Of a DNA stretch of 33,391 nucleotides, positions 22,290 through 33,391 are shown one piece after another. This stretch comes from Octopus bimaculoides (lineage: Eukaryota). Below the pieces are notes generated by a model. It was not told where the DNA came from and did no database searches. It saw only the letters and a list, made by a program, of their open reading frames with translations. The translations under genes and the position numbers were made by a program. Every line of letters begins with the position of its first letter. Position 1 is the first letter of the stretch. The stretch lies in NCBI RefSeq assembly GCF_001194135.2, contig NC_068989.1:25492822-25526212 (forward strand), written 5' to 3'.

Positions 22290-24219
22290 CAGGTCGACGG
22301 CGACTATACTAGAAAACATACAAAGCGTGCTCGGTAAGGAAGATGATAGTTAGACACCCGGCAGGACAACAAGATCCGTCCTTTGACAGATGAACTCATG
22401 GGAATGAACGGCCATCCAACAGTGTATTTGAGAGTAAGTGTTGGCTCTGAGGTTGGTTGGCAACCTACCTAGTGACGGTGTCACAATACAAATACTAGTT
22501 TCCACCTCAGGATGAGAGATGTCAAATTCAAGTAATAATCATAACTGAGTTAACGAGAACGGAACTGTTAACAGGGAAAGTGTCGTGTACGGCGGGCAAA
22601 GACCATCTAAACAAGCACCGGTAGGCCGTCATGAAGCCATTGATTACCACCAAAATCGAAATTAAATGTGAAGAGGGCGAAAAATGAAATGAGAAGAAGC
22701 GGTAAATAAGTTTGGTATTCAATGTTGGCTGAGAAGTGAAGCAAGTAAAATGGGTTTCATAAAACGAACGAAAAGAATATAGAATAAAAATGGAATCTCT
22801 GAAGTTTCTGCCCAAATATTGATGGGCCAGGCAAGGGCAATTCGTATAAATGATTAGATTACAAGATTAGAGGCTGAAAGAATTCAGAGAACAATAAAAG
22901 TGGAACAGAAAGTGTTTGAAAAAACAGTAGCAGAAAATAGTAATGATGGGTTAAGAGACGAAGAAAGTGCAAAATGAAGAAATCCCTATGTCCCTGAGAA
23001 TATTAATGGATTAAATAGTGAAGGTAATTTAGCTAGACAAGTGACAATTAATATTGCATAAGGCTTGAATGATAGAGAGGAGGAGATTCTAGAAATATAG
23101 TAAGCTAAAATATGTGGTGTGAACAAGGAAGTACCGCAAAATATAAGTTATATAGACAGAGAAAATTAAGGAGAGCTACAGACAATGTAAATGACATTTT
23201 GAGCTTGGTTAACACAGAGAACATTAGTGACACAAATCAGCTAACCATAGCTACTGCTAACGCTTTATTTGAGATAATAGGATACAAGTGGAAGACTATT
23301 AAAGAAAAGAAAGGAAAGAAAAAGAAAAAAACCAAACTGGAGGAAGAGTATACGAATGAAGTTGGAAAAGGCATGGAAAGTACTGGGGTAATTGAGTAGA
23401 ATAATGAGAGGGGAACTCACGAATGAGATAGTAATCAGAACATGGACTTGATACAACAGGTTAGAAGAAAGGGGAAAGCAGACTGTACAAGAAGAATTGT
23501 CACAAAGAGTGACAGTTAAAAGCCGAATTGAATGCAAAGGTTTTGAACTCTATAGATTGTTTCAATCAAATAGAAACAGAGTGTGAACAACATCACGAAG
23601 TTATTCTTGATGTGGAAGAAACTAAAGTGCAGAATGGCTAACACAGGTGGTGAGAAAACTTGCAACTCTGCCAAGCACTGAACTGTATTAAGTTTAGCAC
23701 ATGAGTTAAAAAAAAAAAATAGCAAATTGGAAATGACCTGGCCCGGATAGGGTACAAATTGGCTAAAGAATTTTACACAGTTGAATGAAAGGATCGCTAG
23801 TCATTTGAATCAATTCCTGCAACAGGGTCATGTTCTTACATGGATGAGAAACGGATGAACGTTGTTATGCCTTAAGGACCCTTTGAAAGGTAAACTGAGT
23901 ATCAAATTTGTGAGCTATAACCTGCTTACTATTTATGTGGAATGTTGTCTTGGTGGAAAAGTTACATAGACATGAGAAAATTAGCAATCTACTTTCAGAA
24001 GAACAGAAAGGATGCAGCAAGAAAAGTACGGGAAACAAAAAACTTCATATTAGTTGATAAAATGACAATTAGAAATTATAGACGAAGATTGACAGCATTT
24101 ATCTAGCAATGTTTGACTTCAGAAAAGCATATGATATGATACCACACAGTTGGATAATAAGTAAAATACTCAACACATTTGATGTGGAAGGAAATAAGAA
24201 GAAAATGATAAATGAAAGT
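22290..24219 (+). mobile_element. R4/Dong-type element, 5-prime half: putative 5-prime UTR, N-terminal myb-like region and RT up to motif A
   Basis: CWLRSEASKMGFIKRTKRI*...ILMGQARAIRIND*ITRLEAERI, NVNDIL..NTENISDTNQL, ANWK*PGPD..WLKNF, EEQKGC and DFRKAYDMIPHSWI (24115-24156). The 5-prime boundary is approximate. Confidence 0.85.
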
Positions 24220-25680
24220 TTAATAATAGCATGGATAGATTATAAGAAAGCCTATGACATGATCCCACACTGATGGATAAGTGAATGTTTGAGTATATTC
24301 GATATTTCAGTTGATATAGGAGAATTAACTAGCTTTAGCATGACAAACGGGAAAGTAGATCTCTACTGAGGTGACACAGCAATAGGAAAAGCTACTATTA
24401 CGAGAATTCTACAAAGAGACTCATTCTCCTCTGTAATAACTGACTTATATCTAAACCCCTCAGTAAAAGCAGGGCATCAGTTCAGGGTATCATGGATGAT
24501 CTGAAGCTATTTTGTAAAAATAAAATAAGTGATAGATTCCTTAATACAAACTGTAAGACTCCTCCACAAAAGATAAACGCATGGAATTTGGCTTAGGTAA
24601 GTGAGCGATATTTGTCATGAAAGAGGAACATGTAGTTAACACTGAAGGCATACAATTACCAGATGATTAACCATTAAAATCAATGAAAGAAGGAGGAAAT
24701 TATAAGTTTCTAGGATTATTAGAATCTGACAGAGTACTAGCTATAGAAATGAAAATTAAGAAGGCGTACATCAGAAAGGTGAGGAAGCTAATAAAGTCAA
24801 TCCTAAATTATTCGAATCCAGTGAAGGCTGTAAATTATTACTTAGATACTCATCAGCTTTTGTAGATTGGACAAAATCTGAATTAGCAAATCAAGACAGA
24901 AGAACTAGGAAGGAATTCAATATGAATGGAGGACTTCATCCAAGAGCAGGAGAATCAAGATTATACTGACCTAGAAAGGAAGGTGGAAGAGCGTTAACAT
25001 CAGTAGAAGACTGCGTGGATTTAGCTAGAGTAAATATAATCTACTATGTAGGTAATAGTGTAGAAAATTTATTAAGTGCTGCTGGAGACACAGCATGACA
25101 TAGGGAAACCAAAAAAGCCAAATAAAGTTAAAATCTAGAAAAATGAAGGAAGATTATCTGGCTGGCAAGAGAAGATTTTGCATGGTAGAATCCAAAACAT
25201 AATTGCATGGAAAAGTAATAGTGAGACATGGTTATTTTTGCAGAAATGGTGTCTGAAATGGGAGACAGGAAGTTTCTTAGTAGCAACACAAGATCAAGCA
25301 TTGAGAACTAATTGTATAAAACGCAAAATATATATAAAAAACAGGTAGATTCTCAATGTAGGTTATATGAATCAAAAGAGGAAAGTGTTACTCATATAGT
25401 AAGTGAATGTAGTATGCTAGCATATCGAAAATACAAGGAATGGCATGACAGTCTAGGGATAGTAATCCACTGGAAGTTATGTAGAAAGCTATGATTTGAC
25501 CATAGAGATAAATGGTACGAACATGAAACTACTAAAGTACTAGAAAGTAAGGAATATAAAATGTTTGTGTGTCTTTAAAATAAGCCAGAAAGTTTGATTT
25601 AGAGTAGTAGTCAATAAGAATAGAACGCGCCTGATATTTGGCTTTACATTTCCAAATTATGAGAAACTCAATATAAGAGG
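24220..25680 (+). mobile_element. R4/Dong-type element, 3-prime half from RT motif A to the RLE start, decayed
   Basis: AWIDYKKAYDMIPH*WI (24238-24279), ILQRDSFS, MDDLKLF (24492 on), MEFGLGK, YKFLGLLE, MNGGLHPRA, GGRALTSVED, QDQALRTN, CRLYESKEESVTHIVSEC and KWYEHE. Confidence 0.92.
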
Positions 25681-25899
25681 TTTAGGGACGAGGGGTCTGC
25701 ACTGAAGCATGAAGATTCCAAGCAAGCTTCAGTAATGAAGCTTAGTCAGAAATTTAAAAAGTCTCTTGGCTTACAAGTTAACAAAAAGAATGACCAAACA
25801 CACAATAAGAATGACTCACAGACCTACCACTGCTTCTCCTGATTTAGAAATTAACATTCAGAAAGACCAAAGAGATCCAAATAGTTACAAACCTATCAC

Positions 25900-26085
25900 T
25901 CATGCAATAATATCAAACAAAAAGCAAAGAATGCTTGCATGAATAATATCGAAGACAACTGGAAAAGTAAACTCCTGCATGGAAAATACCCTAACGGCCT
26001 GTCCATGCCAAATATTGATCAACATCTAACATACCAATGGCTTCAAGGGACAGGTCGGAATGTGGAAACAGCAGGCTTCGTTATG
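25900..26085 (+). mobile_element. Short R4/Dong-type fragment
   Basis: NWKSKLLHGKYP...IDQHLTYQWLQGTGRNVETAGFVMA matches the WxxKxLHG...QWL...ETEGFI block. Confidence 0.8.
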
Positions 26086-26094
26086 GCGACAGCA

Positions 26095-27038
26095 GGTTTC
26101 GTTAAGAGGGTTGTGTTTATCTAGTTTTCACCTTCGTTCTTAACTCTCCGTGGGTCAAAGGGGCATGCAACGTCAACTATATAGCATATGTGGTGCACCT
26201 TCTCCACCACTACTAGGAGCAGTCCATTCTGCTGTAGCACTTAATCTGTTTGCATTGCTCGTCTTCGACTCCGTTATTCTCTGTGGTTTGTGCTCATACC
26301 AAGTCTTTTCCCTATCTAGCTTCCACTTTTCGCACAAATACCAATGTACCACTTTCGCTACCTGGTCCTGTCGCGAAAGTTTCGGCAATCGTTCGTGGTA
26401 TTGACAATGCTTTCACACACTCTATTGCAGATGCAGCACAGTGAAGATATTTGCTTATTTCTAAGGTTCATCCTCCTGTTTATGGTCAAAGAATGGTCTT
26501 GCGCTGGCGGTGTAGTGCTCTGTTTCTTTTTTAGTGTTAATTTCATCAGTCAATCCCACCTGTTTTTCCAGCAACTTCGGTTGTGGCTTTATGAAATTGT
26601 TTGTATTGTCCATTCTTGCCTAATTCTTCTTCATGTCCTTTTTGTACTTCTTCCTTTGTTTTCCCTTTTTTCTCTACTCTCAATACTCCCTTGTTCCCGA
26701 CTGTCTGGGTTAGGCATCTCATTAAGCTCCTGAGTTCGATATGCACGCAGTCTTCCACACCTATCAGTCTCTCTCCTCCATTTGGTTTCTTTATATATAA
26801 CTGATCAGTGTCTGCACGTGAATGATGGGCTCCATGCATGGTTAGGAGCTTTCTTGACTTCCTGTCTATACCGAACTACTGCGACTGCGTACGTTTATTG
26901 GCAAAATTATGTTTCTAGCATTCAGGTTTGACGTTAATATTTCTTTCACTCGCCGCAGGTACTCTGATTTTGTCTTTTCTTTCATGTCGTGGTGTTTGAT
27001 TCCATCTGCCTCAAGTATTCCCTGGCATTTATAGCTGG
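26095..27038 (-). mobile_element. R4/Dong-type fragment on the minus strand, same family as 19500-20591
   Basis: YKCQGILEADGIKHHDMKEKTKSEYLRRV, MHGAHHSRADTDQLYIKKPNGGERLIGVEDCV, RQDQVAKVVHWYLCEK...WYEHKP and YIVDVACPFD. Confidence 0.92.
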
Positions 27039-27092
<54 letters not shown>

Positions 27093-27159
27093 GCAGTTGT
27101 TATTATTAAAATTACAATTATTGTTGTTATCATCATCATCATCATCATCATCATTATTA

Positions 27160-27238
<79 letters not shown>

Positions 27239-27258
27239 GTTGTTGTTGTTGTTATTAT
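27039..27258. repeat. (TTA)/(TCA)/(TTG)n compound array, i.e. AAT-type on the minus strand
   Basis: Direct observation; lies between two minus-strand LINE fragments. Confidence 0.98.
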
Positions 27259-27329
27259 TCTCATCATCGTCAGCATTGTCGACGTGGTAATTTTACCGCT
27301 GTTACGCATGGGCATGTGTAATATTTTGA

Positions 27330-27830
27330 TTTCGTGTTGCATTGTGCACTTTATTGACCATATTCAAGGTTATATATATGCAGTATCTAGAACTGCTATT
27401 TTCTCTACGATGTACATATTTCTAAGTCCTAATGTTTTGGTTAACTATTTTCTTGTTTTGTATTTTTATTATTTCCATGACATCCGTCATTTAATGGACA
27501 TTTTCGGTTTTCTGCTTGCACATCGTATTTTCCTCTATTTTCAGATAATTTTTATATTTATACAATTTATGCATTTGTTTCTATTTCAAAGTATCATATC
27601 TAGGTTTGAAGTATCTTTACCCGAATGTTCATAGTTACAATCTCCTGTCGTCTTCTCTTTCTTTCACAGCCTTTACTCTTTGTCATATTTCCCGCACATG
27701 TTTCAGTTCTACAGTCTAATGTTGAAGCTACCTACTCCTCCTCCTCCTTTCACAGTATTCCTATAATAGTTGTGTCTAGGTTCTAATTTTAACTTCAGGT
27801 TTCTCTGTAATTCTTGCTATTTCAGTATTT
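27330..27830 (-). mobile_element. Very decayed R4/Dong-type RLE 3-prime fragment(s)
   Basis: Minus strand LKIEENTMCKQKTE, NMYIVEKIAVLDTAYI (cf. IQKxALLGTAHI) and TIIGIL. Confidence 0.5.
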
Positions 27831-28779
27831 ATTCATTAAAAACATGCCTGTAACTAAAACGAGCGGTAAATTCTTAAAAATAAAAATTACATTTATATTA
27901 GTCTAATTAGATTGGGAAATGACAATAACTCTAATTACCTTGATTACCTTAATTATCTGGCGTGTTTTTGAAAGTGCTTGATTGTGTTTGAAGTGTGAGC
28001 ATATATTTAGGATTTTATTTTTAAGATGTGTTCTAAAATTGGTGTAAGAAATTTATGTTCTTTCATCGAATAGAACATTTTACTGATCGTTGGGTGATAC
28101 TAAGTTTCAAGTTTTAATGATCAGATGCCAGTGATATAAGCTCTACACGATAATTTGCCCTACTACTTATAGCTACTAAATCCTCTTCAAATGTTCCACT
28201 CATCCATGTGAAATAGAAAAAAATGTCATGTTTTTGATTACAATTTTGATTTACATTAGAGCTGATTTGTATCTGATCAAGAACTACAATTGCAACGTAC
28301 AAGAAATCATTTTAATAAACTTCGGGTGTACCATATAGAACTGATAAAACAACTGCAAGAAATGTTCAAGTATTGCATATATAGCACCATACAAAAAAAT
28401 CAGATGACAAATACTATATAACAGAACCCTCACCTCCTGGCCAAACTCATTGATTATTTACATCAAAAATCTGGTGACGAGTTTCTGTTACATGTCTAAT
28501 ATCTCCTGGATAGTCTGTTACCAAAATCTCGTAACTAACCATTGTTAAGAGAATGAAGAGAATCAGAATAGTCCAGTATCTTGGTCCACTTCATATGAAC
28601 AGAAAACAAGTAGGAATTATGGAGATACAAACATAGAAATAATATCAAAAATAGTGTTTCAATATGATTGGTACAGAATAAATAAGTTACGAATATCGTT
28701 CACAATATACCTGTCTCAAATGCTAGCGTATTCCATCTTTTATGCAAAGTTAATAGATTTCGATAGGCTATATAAACTC

Positions 28780-28781
<2 letters not shown>

Positions 28782-28855
<74 letters not shown>

Positions 28856-28857
28856 GA
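28782..28857. repeat. (AAT)n array
   Basis: Direct observation. Confidence 0.98.
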
Positions 28858-29099
28858 TAATACGAAGCGATCGATGAGATGGCAATCGATGTTTTATTGG
28901 TTGAACGATATTTCGACAGCTAACCTTTTTCAAAATGAAAAGTAATACATAGAAATTCAAAATTATAGAAATTCAAATCGAAAATTTGACCGAGGCAACC
29001 AGCAATCTCAACTTTTGAAGTTTACAATTGGCAAAAAAAAAAAAATGAAAGAGAAAAATGAAAGGAAAAGAAAAATGCAAAAGGAAAGAAAAAGAATAT

Positions 29100-29969
29100 T
29101 TAATCAGTTTTGTGTAAATATGATGAATTTCCCCTGACATTTTATTCATCTATCCAGGTCGTGATGTTAATAACTCACAAACACATTTCTCCTTAAAATG
29201 TATGAAGACTGCAAGTGTTGCAGATGCAGAATATTTTCAGAGAACATGCACTTTCAATTCTTTTTCAAATCTTTTCCATAATTGGAACCGTTGATGTAAA
29301 ATGTTCGACAAGTTCTGTCCAACTACTGTTATTGTACCTGACGTTATATCTATACCCACCGAATTTTTTTGTTTACTTGTTCTGTTATACACCGACATAA
29401 ATCAAGTTGTGTTTGGTGCATTCTGCTACATACACCAAATGGGAATCTCTACACGTCCCACCTTCCGTGTAAATCATAGCATTTCTGTTATTATTCTTGA
29501 TGAATCGACTTGACTTTTGTTGTTGAACAATGTACAGGGCTTACCTCTCTTGTGACTGTTTTTCAAGGCACAGCATGAAGATCCTCTAATGTTTGTTTTC
29601 TTGGAGTAGAGGTTAATATTTCTCTTATATTTTTATTCCATCTAAAGGCTACAATAGGCGGCTGAGGAAACATGTTTGAAACGAGGATATTTTTTCTGCA
29701 ATATGCTGGTAACTTTCATGTAACACTTTTGAAATGTCTGCGAAATTTCGGTGCCCGTTAATCGCTAAAGGAATTCTGTCACATATTGTACTCTGTTAAA
29801 ATTATGCTTGAAAGTTTAACTTCCTTTGCTAATCTTAGCTATGTCATTTGCAATTTCCTTTAATCATGATACATTGTAACCGCATTTGACATAATGGTGT
29901 ACAAACGCATTTGCATGTTACCAGTAATCCTCTATATCAGGACAAAACAAACTTTTTGAGGATAAAACT
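29100..29969 (-). mobile_element. Second Penelope-like element remnant (RT C-terminus, linker, GIY-YIG endonuclease), a different lineage from 1933-2594
   Basis: Minus strand DYW*HANAFVHHYVKCGY, RVQYVTEF, PPIVAFRWNKNIREILTS (starting at 29661), GKPCTL, TCRDSHLVYVAECTKHNLIYVG (LVY...YVG at 29391-29438), ELVEHF and PG*MN. Confidence 0.88.
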
Positions 29970-30025
29970 GATTTGTATAGAAATAGGGGATTACTGGAAA
30001 CATGCAAATGCTTTTGTACACCATT
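29893..30025. repeat. Long imperfect inverted repeat, arms 29893-29938 and 29980-30025
   Basis: Base-by-base comparison gives 42/46 complementary; it extends inward to 29949/29969 at 49/57. Confidence 0.95.
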
Positions 30026-32064
30026 TATTATTAAAGAAGCCTTTGAGAGCATACCGCTTTCATGGCTCTGGAAATCGCGCTGGATATCTTCAAAATTTCT
30101 CCTGTGATATCGAACTTCCTGAAGCTCAACATGACAGTGTGGAATACGAATCTCCAATAATACCACTCAAATGGCGTACCAACCACAAAAAATATTAATA
30201 CCAACTGCGGCATTTTCCAAGGGGACTCACTTTCATATATCTAATTTTTTGCATAGCCTTAATACCACTTACAAGAGAACTTTAAAAACTGGTGACAAGA
30301 AAATAACTCATCTATTTTATATGGATGACTCAAAATTCTATGGCAAAGACGATAATGCGCTAGAAGGACAACTACGTACTGTGAAAGCATTTACCGATGA
30401 CACCAGGATGGAATTTGGTCTTGATAGATGTGTCATGGTCACATTCCAGCAAGGGAAATTGAAGACCTCACATTCAGTGGTGTTGGATGTTGACACAGTG
30501 ATAAAAGAACTCAAGGAGGAACAAACTTACGTAGGAACAAACTTCCTAGGAACAAACTTACGAATACCTCGGAATAAACGATGGCTTTGGCATTCAGCAT
30601 GTAAGCATTAAAGAGAAGTTCAGAAAGGAATGTTTCAGGAGAGCTGGAGCAGTCCTAAAATCCGAGTTAAAGGCAGGTAACAAGGTGTTAGCTATAACCT
30701 TCTTAGCAGTTTCAATTGTTATTTATATTTGCAACGTGTTGAACAGGAATATGAGTGAAATAAGATTGACAGGAAAATCCGTAAGCTGTTGATTGGCAGT
30801 AAGATGCATTGTCCAGAAGCAGACGCAGATCGTCTGTACCAACCCAGAGAGCAGGGAGGTCGAAGGTTAATCGAATTTGAAATCTCTTAGAAAACCACCA
30901 GAATTAGACTGGCAAAATATCTTAAAACATGTTACCTCTGGATACTAAAGCTCGTTGAAAAACATGAAAGATGTAAGAAGCTTCATTCTTATATGAATGA
31001 AAGGAAAACAATTTCAATTGAGTTTATGCATAATACCCAGGTTGAACAGCATGAGTGAAATGCAGTAACAGTAGTTGCAAAGATGGTGAAGTCATTAGCA
31101 AAGCAAAATGCGTTTGAACAATTGGCTGATAGGTGGGAACAAAAACCCCTGCATGGCAAATATGTGGCCTGTAGAAAACAAACTGATGTAGACGAGAAGC
31201 ACACACATCAGTGGCTACGGAGCTCAGGGCTAAAGACAAAGATTGAAGGCCTTATCTTGGACACTTAAGGTCAGAATGATGAAAAATAGTGTAGACCCAA
31301 TTTTCCGATAATGCAAAACTGGGATTGAAACAGTGGACCTCCATATATCTGGGTCTAAAGTTTTAGCACCTGTACAATACAAATCAAGATATGGCAGAGT
31401 TTGCTAATATCTATATTGGATACTGTATCGGCATTATAAAACCAAAGCTGCTGACGGATAGTACAAGCATCATCGTCAGTCTGTGACTGAAGGAGAAAAT
31501 GTAATAATTCTTTGGGACTTTCCAGTATGTACAAATCAGAGCATCAAAGCACATGAACCAGATATTGTTGTGAAAGTCCAAACCAATAAAGTCTGTTTAT
31601 TGATTGACATGTGCATACAGTGTGATCATAATATCACAGCAGAAGAATTTGATAAGCTCAGAAAATAAAATATTATCCAATCGAAATGGGAAAGATGTTG
31701 CATCTCAAGACTGTTACAATACCAGTGAGAGTAGGACCCCTCGGAAGGAACAAAAAACGAACGGAAATTTATTTTGAGAATGATCCCTGGCTTACCACCC
31801 ATTCAGGAAGTGCAAAATCTGTCATAACTGGTACATCACACGTTTTGAGAACAGCATAGCCACTGTTCATTTTCTGTCCTTTTTCCCCTTACTTTTCTTC
31901 GTTTAATTCTTTATTTTTTATTTTCTGTTTTTTTTTTCTGTCTGTCTTTCTTCCCCGATTTCTCTATCGCATGAACTTATTTTACTGGCCTACAATGGAT
32001 ACAGTGTGTTACTCAGTCCAAGGTGTCAGGAAGACACTCGACAAGAAATGGAAACAAAAATGAA
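30022..32064 (+). mobile_element. R4/Dong-type element 5-prime truncated at RT motif A, through RLE and a T-rich 3-prime UTR
   Basis: AFESIPLSW, GIFQGDSLS (from 30209), THLFYMDDSKFY (30315-30329), MEFGLDRC, WEQKPLHGKY, HQWLRSSGLK, ENVIILWDFP..HEPDIVV..CLLIDM and TIPVRVGPLG; tail array from about 32065. Confidence 0.95.
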
Positions 32065-32219
<155 letters not shown>

Positions 32220-32489
32220 GCCCGGATGTAGTACCAGGCAGTGACTCTCATGGCTCCTGATCTTAAGTGATTGGAAGTGTTATCATGTTCATTGTTTTGT
32301 GTTGGTATAACAGATGGGCTACAGCAAATATTCTGCTCAATACCACAGATTGGTTTGTCAGTTGTTTGACCTTAACCAGCATGTCCCTTGGTGGCTGAAG
32401 ATATGTGCATCTCTGATCACGAGCAGAAGTAATGGGGGAGCATCATAGCCATGTGTCGAGAGGAATTCTTTGGGGTTTGAATAATTCAC
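32220..32489. repeat. Family C, copy 3 (left part only)
   Basis: Aligns with the left part of copy 2 (21057 to about 21310). Confidence 0.92.
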
Positions 32490-32572
32490 TTTTATCTGTC
32501 TGAGGTCCTTGTTGTGACTTGACAGATGACTAAAGGCTCCGCTGCATTTTTACCTACAATGTGTTACGAAGG
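32490..32572 (+). mobile_element. R4-type terminal codons plus 3-prime UTR stub
   Basis: tta tct gtc tga ggtccttgttgtgacttgacag followed by an (AAT)n tail; resembles the ORF-end/UTR layout of the other copies. Confidence 0.5.
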
Positions 32573-32582
32573 AATAATAATG

Positions 32583-32614
<32 letters not shown>

Positions 32615-32676
32615 AATACTACTACTACTAATAATAATAATCATAATAATGATAATAATAATAATAATAATAATAG

Positions 32677-32777
32677 TAAACATAAGAGCACCACAGCAAA
32701 CCACAGCACATACCCAAGGCGCACAGAGCTGCGCTCGGTAGTGAAGTGAAAGCACGTTATAAAAATAAAACTACTGA
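32677..32777 (+). mobile_element. Isolated R4-type 3-prime UTR between AAT arrays
   Basis: ataagagcaccacagcaaaccacagcaca...cacagagctgcgctcggtagtg...actactgaat aligns with the UTR at about 18050-18150. Confidence 0.8.
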
Positions 32778-32783
32778 ATAATG

Positions 32784-32822
<39 letters not shown>

Positions 32823-33043
32823 GCCCGGATGCAGTACCAGGCAGTGACTGTCATGGCTTCTGATCTTAAGTGATTGGAAGTGTTATCATGTTCATTGTTT
32901 TGTGTTGGTATAACAAATGGGCCACAGCAAATATTCTGCTCAATACCACAGATTGGTTTGTCAGTTGTTTGACCTTAACCAGTTGAGCATGTCTCTTGGT
33001 GGCTGAAGATATGTGCATCTCTGATCACGAGCAGAAGTAATGG
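32823..33043. repeat. Family C, copy 4 (left part only)
   Basis: Near-identical to copy 3, offset by 603 bp. Confidence 0.92.
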
Positions 33044-33391
33044 GAAAATGATCACATTGCACTCCTCTGGAACTTCACCATTCAAACTGACAGAAAGATA
33101 GACGCAAATAGGCCAGACATCATACTGCAAGACTTCAGACAAAAATCATGCCTCCTCATTGAGATGACTGTCCCAATCGATATAAACGTATCTGTCAAGA
33201 CCTACCAAAAACTGAGCAAATATAAAGATCTTGAAATAGAAATTAGCAAAATGTGGAATCTGAAGACGAAAACAATACCTATTGTCATAGGTGCCCTGGG
33301 AATGATAGCGAAACGGGCTGATTACTACCTAGATCAGATTCCAGGAAACCCCAAAATTGCTGAAGTTCAAAAGATAGTGCTCATGGGAACT
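33044..33391 (+). mobile_element. Stop-free RLE endonuclease coding segment of an R4/Dong-type element, 116 codons, running off the window end
   Basis: ENDHIALLWNFTIQTDRKIDANRPDIILQDFRQKSCLLIEMTVPIDINVSVKTYQKLSKYKDLEIEISKMWNLKTKTIPIVIGALGMIAKRADYYLDQIPGNPKIAEVQKIVLMGT. Confidence 0.95.

Noticed and set aside
22340-22515. Explicit HDV-like ribozyme call
   Set aside because: I could not assign P1, P2, P3 and P1.1 consistently by hand; kept only as a structured-leader hypothesis.
28050-28781. Possible very old plus-strand R4 3-prime fragment before the AAT array
   Set aside because: Only faint motif echoes (e.g. FHLLCKV), too weak to annotate.

Overview
AT-rich, repeat-dominated eukaryotic scaffold segment with four N-gaps. 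The SINE families and microsatellite landscape look like an octopus (cephalopod) genome; that assignment comes from recognising the repeat families, not from a database search. There is no prokaryotic content, CRISPR array or intact long gene. The first 15 kb holds tRNA-derived SINEs of two families, a decayed Penelope-like element, a mariner remnant, a probable small 4-exon host gene (6557-8386), an ORF1-only LINE-like element with a zinc-knuckle remnant, and a 5S rRNA-derived head fused to the tail of a tRNA-SINE family. From about 15.7 kb to the end, the window is a dense pile of at least 12 fragments of R4/Dong-type non-LTR retrotransposons (RT, CCHC knuckle, restriction-like endonuclease). 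These are interleaved with (AAT)n arrays whose strand polarity follows element orientation. The same region holds four copies of a roughly 500-bp non-coding element found only next to (AAT)n, and a second Penelope-like element ending in a long fold-back inverted repeat. Most ORFs in the supplied track are artefacts of microsatellites, N-gaps or broken retroelement frames. Boundaries of decayed elements are approximate (tens of bp).
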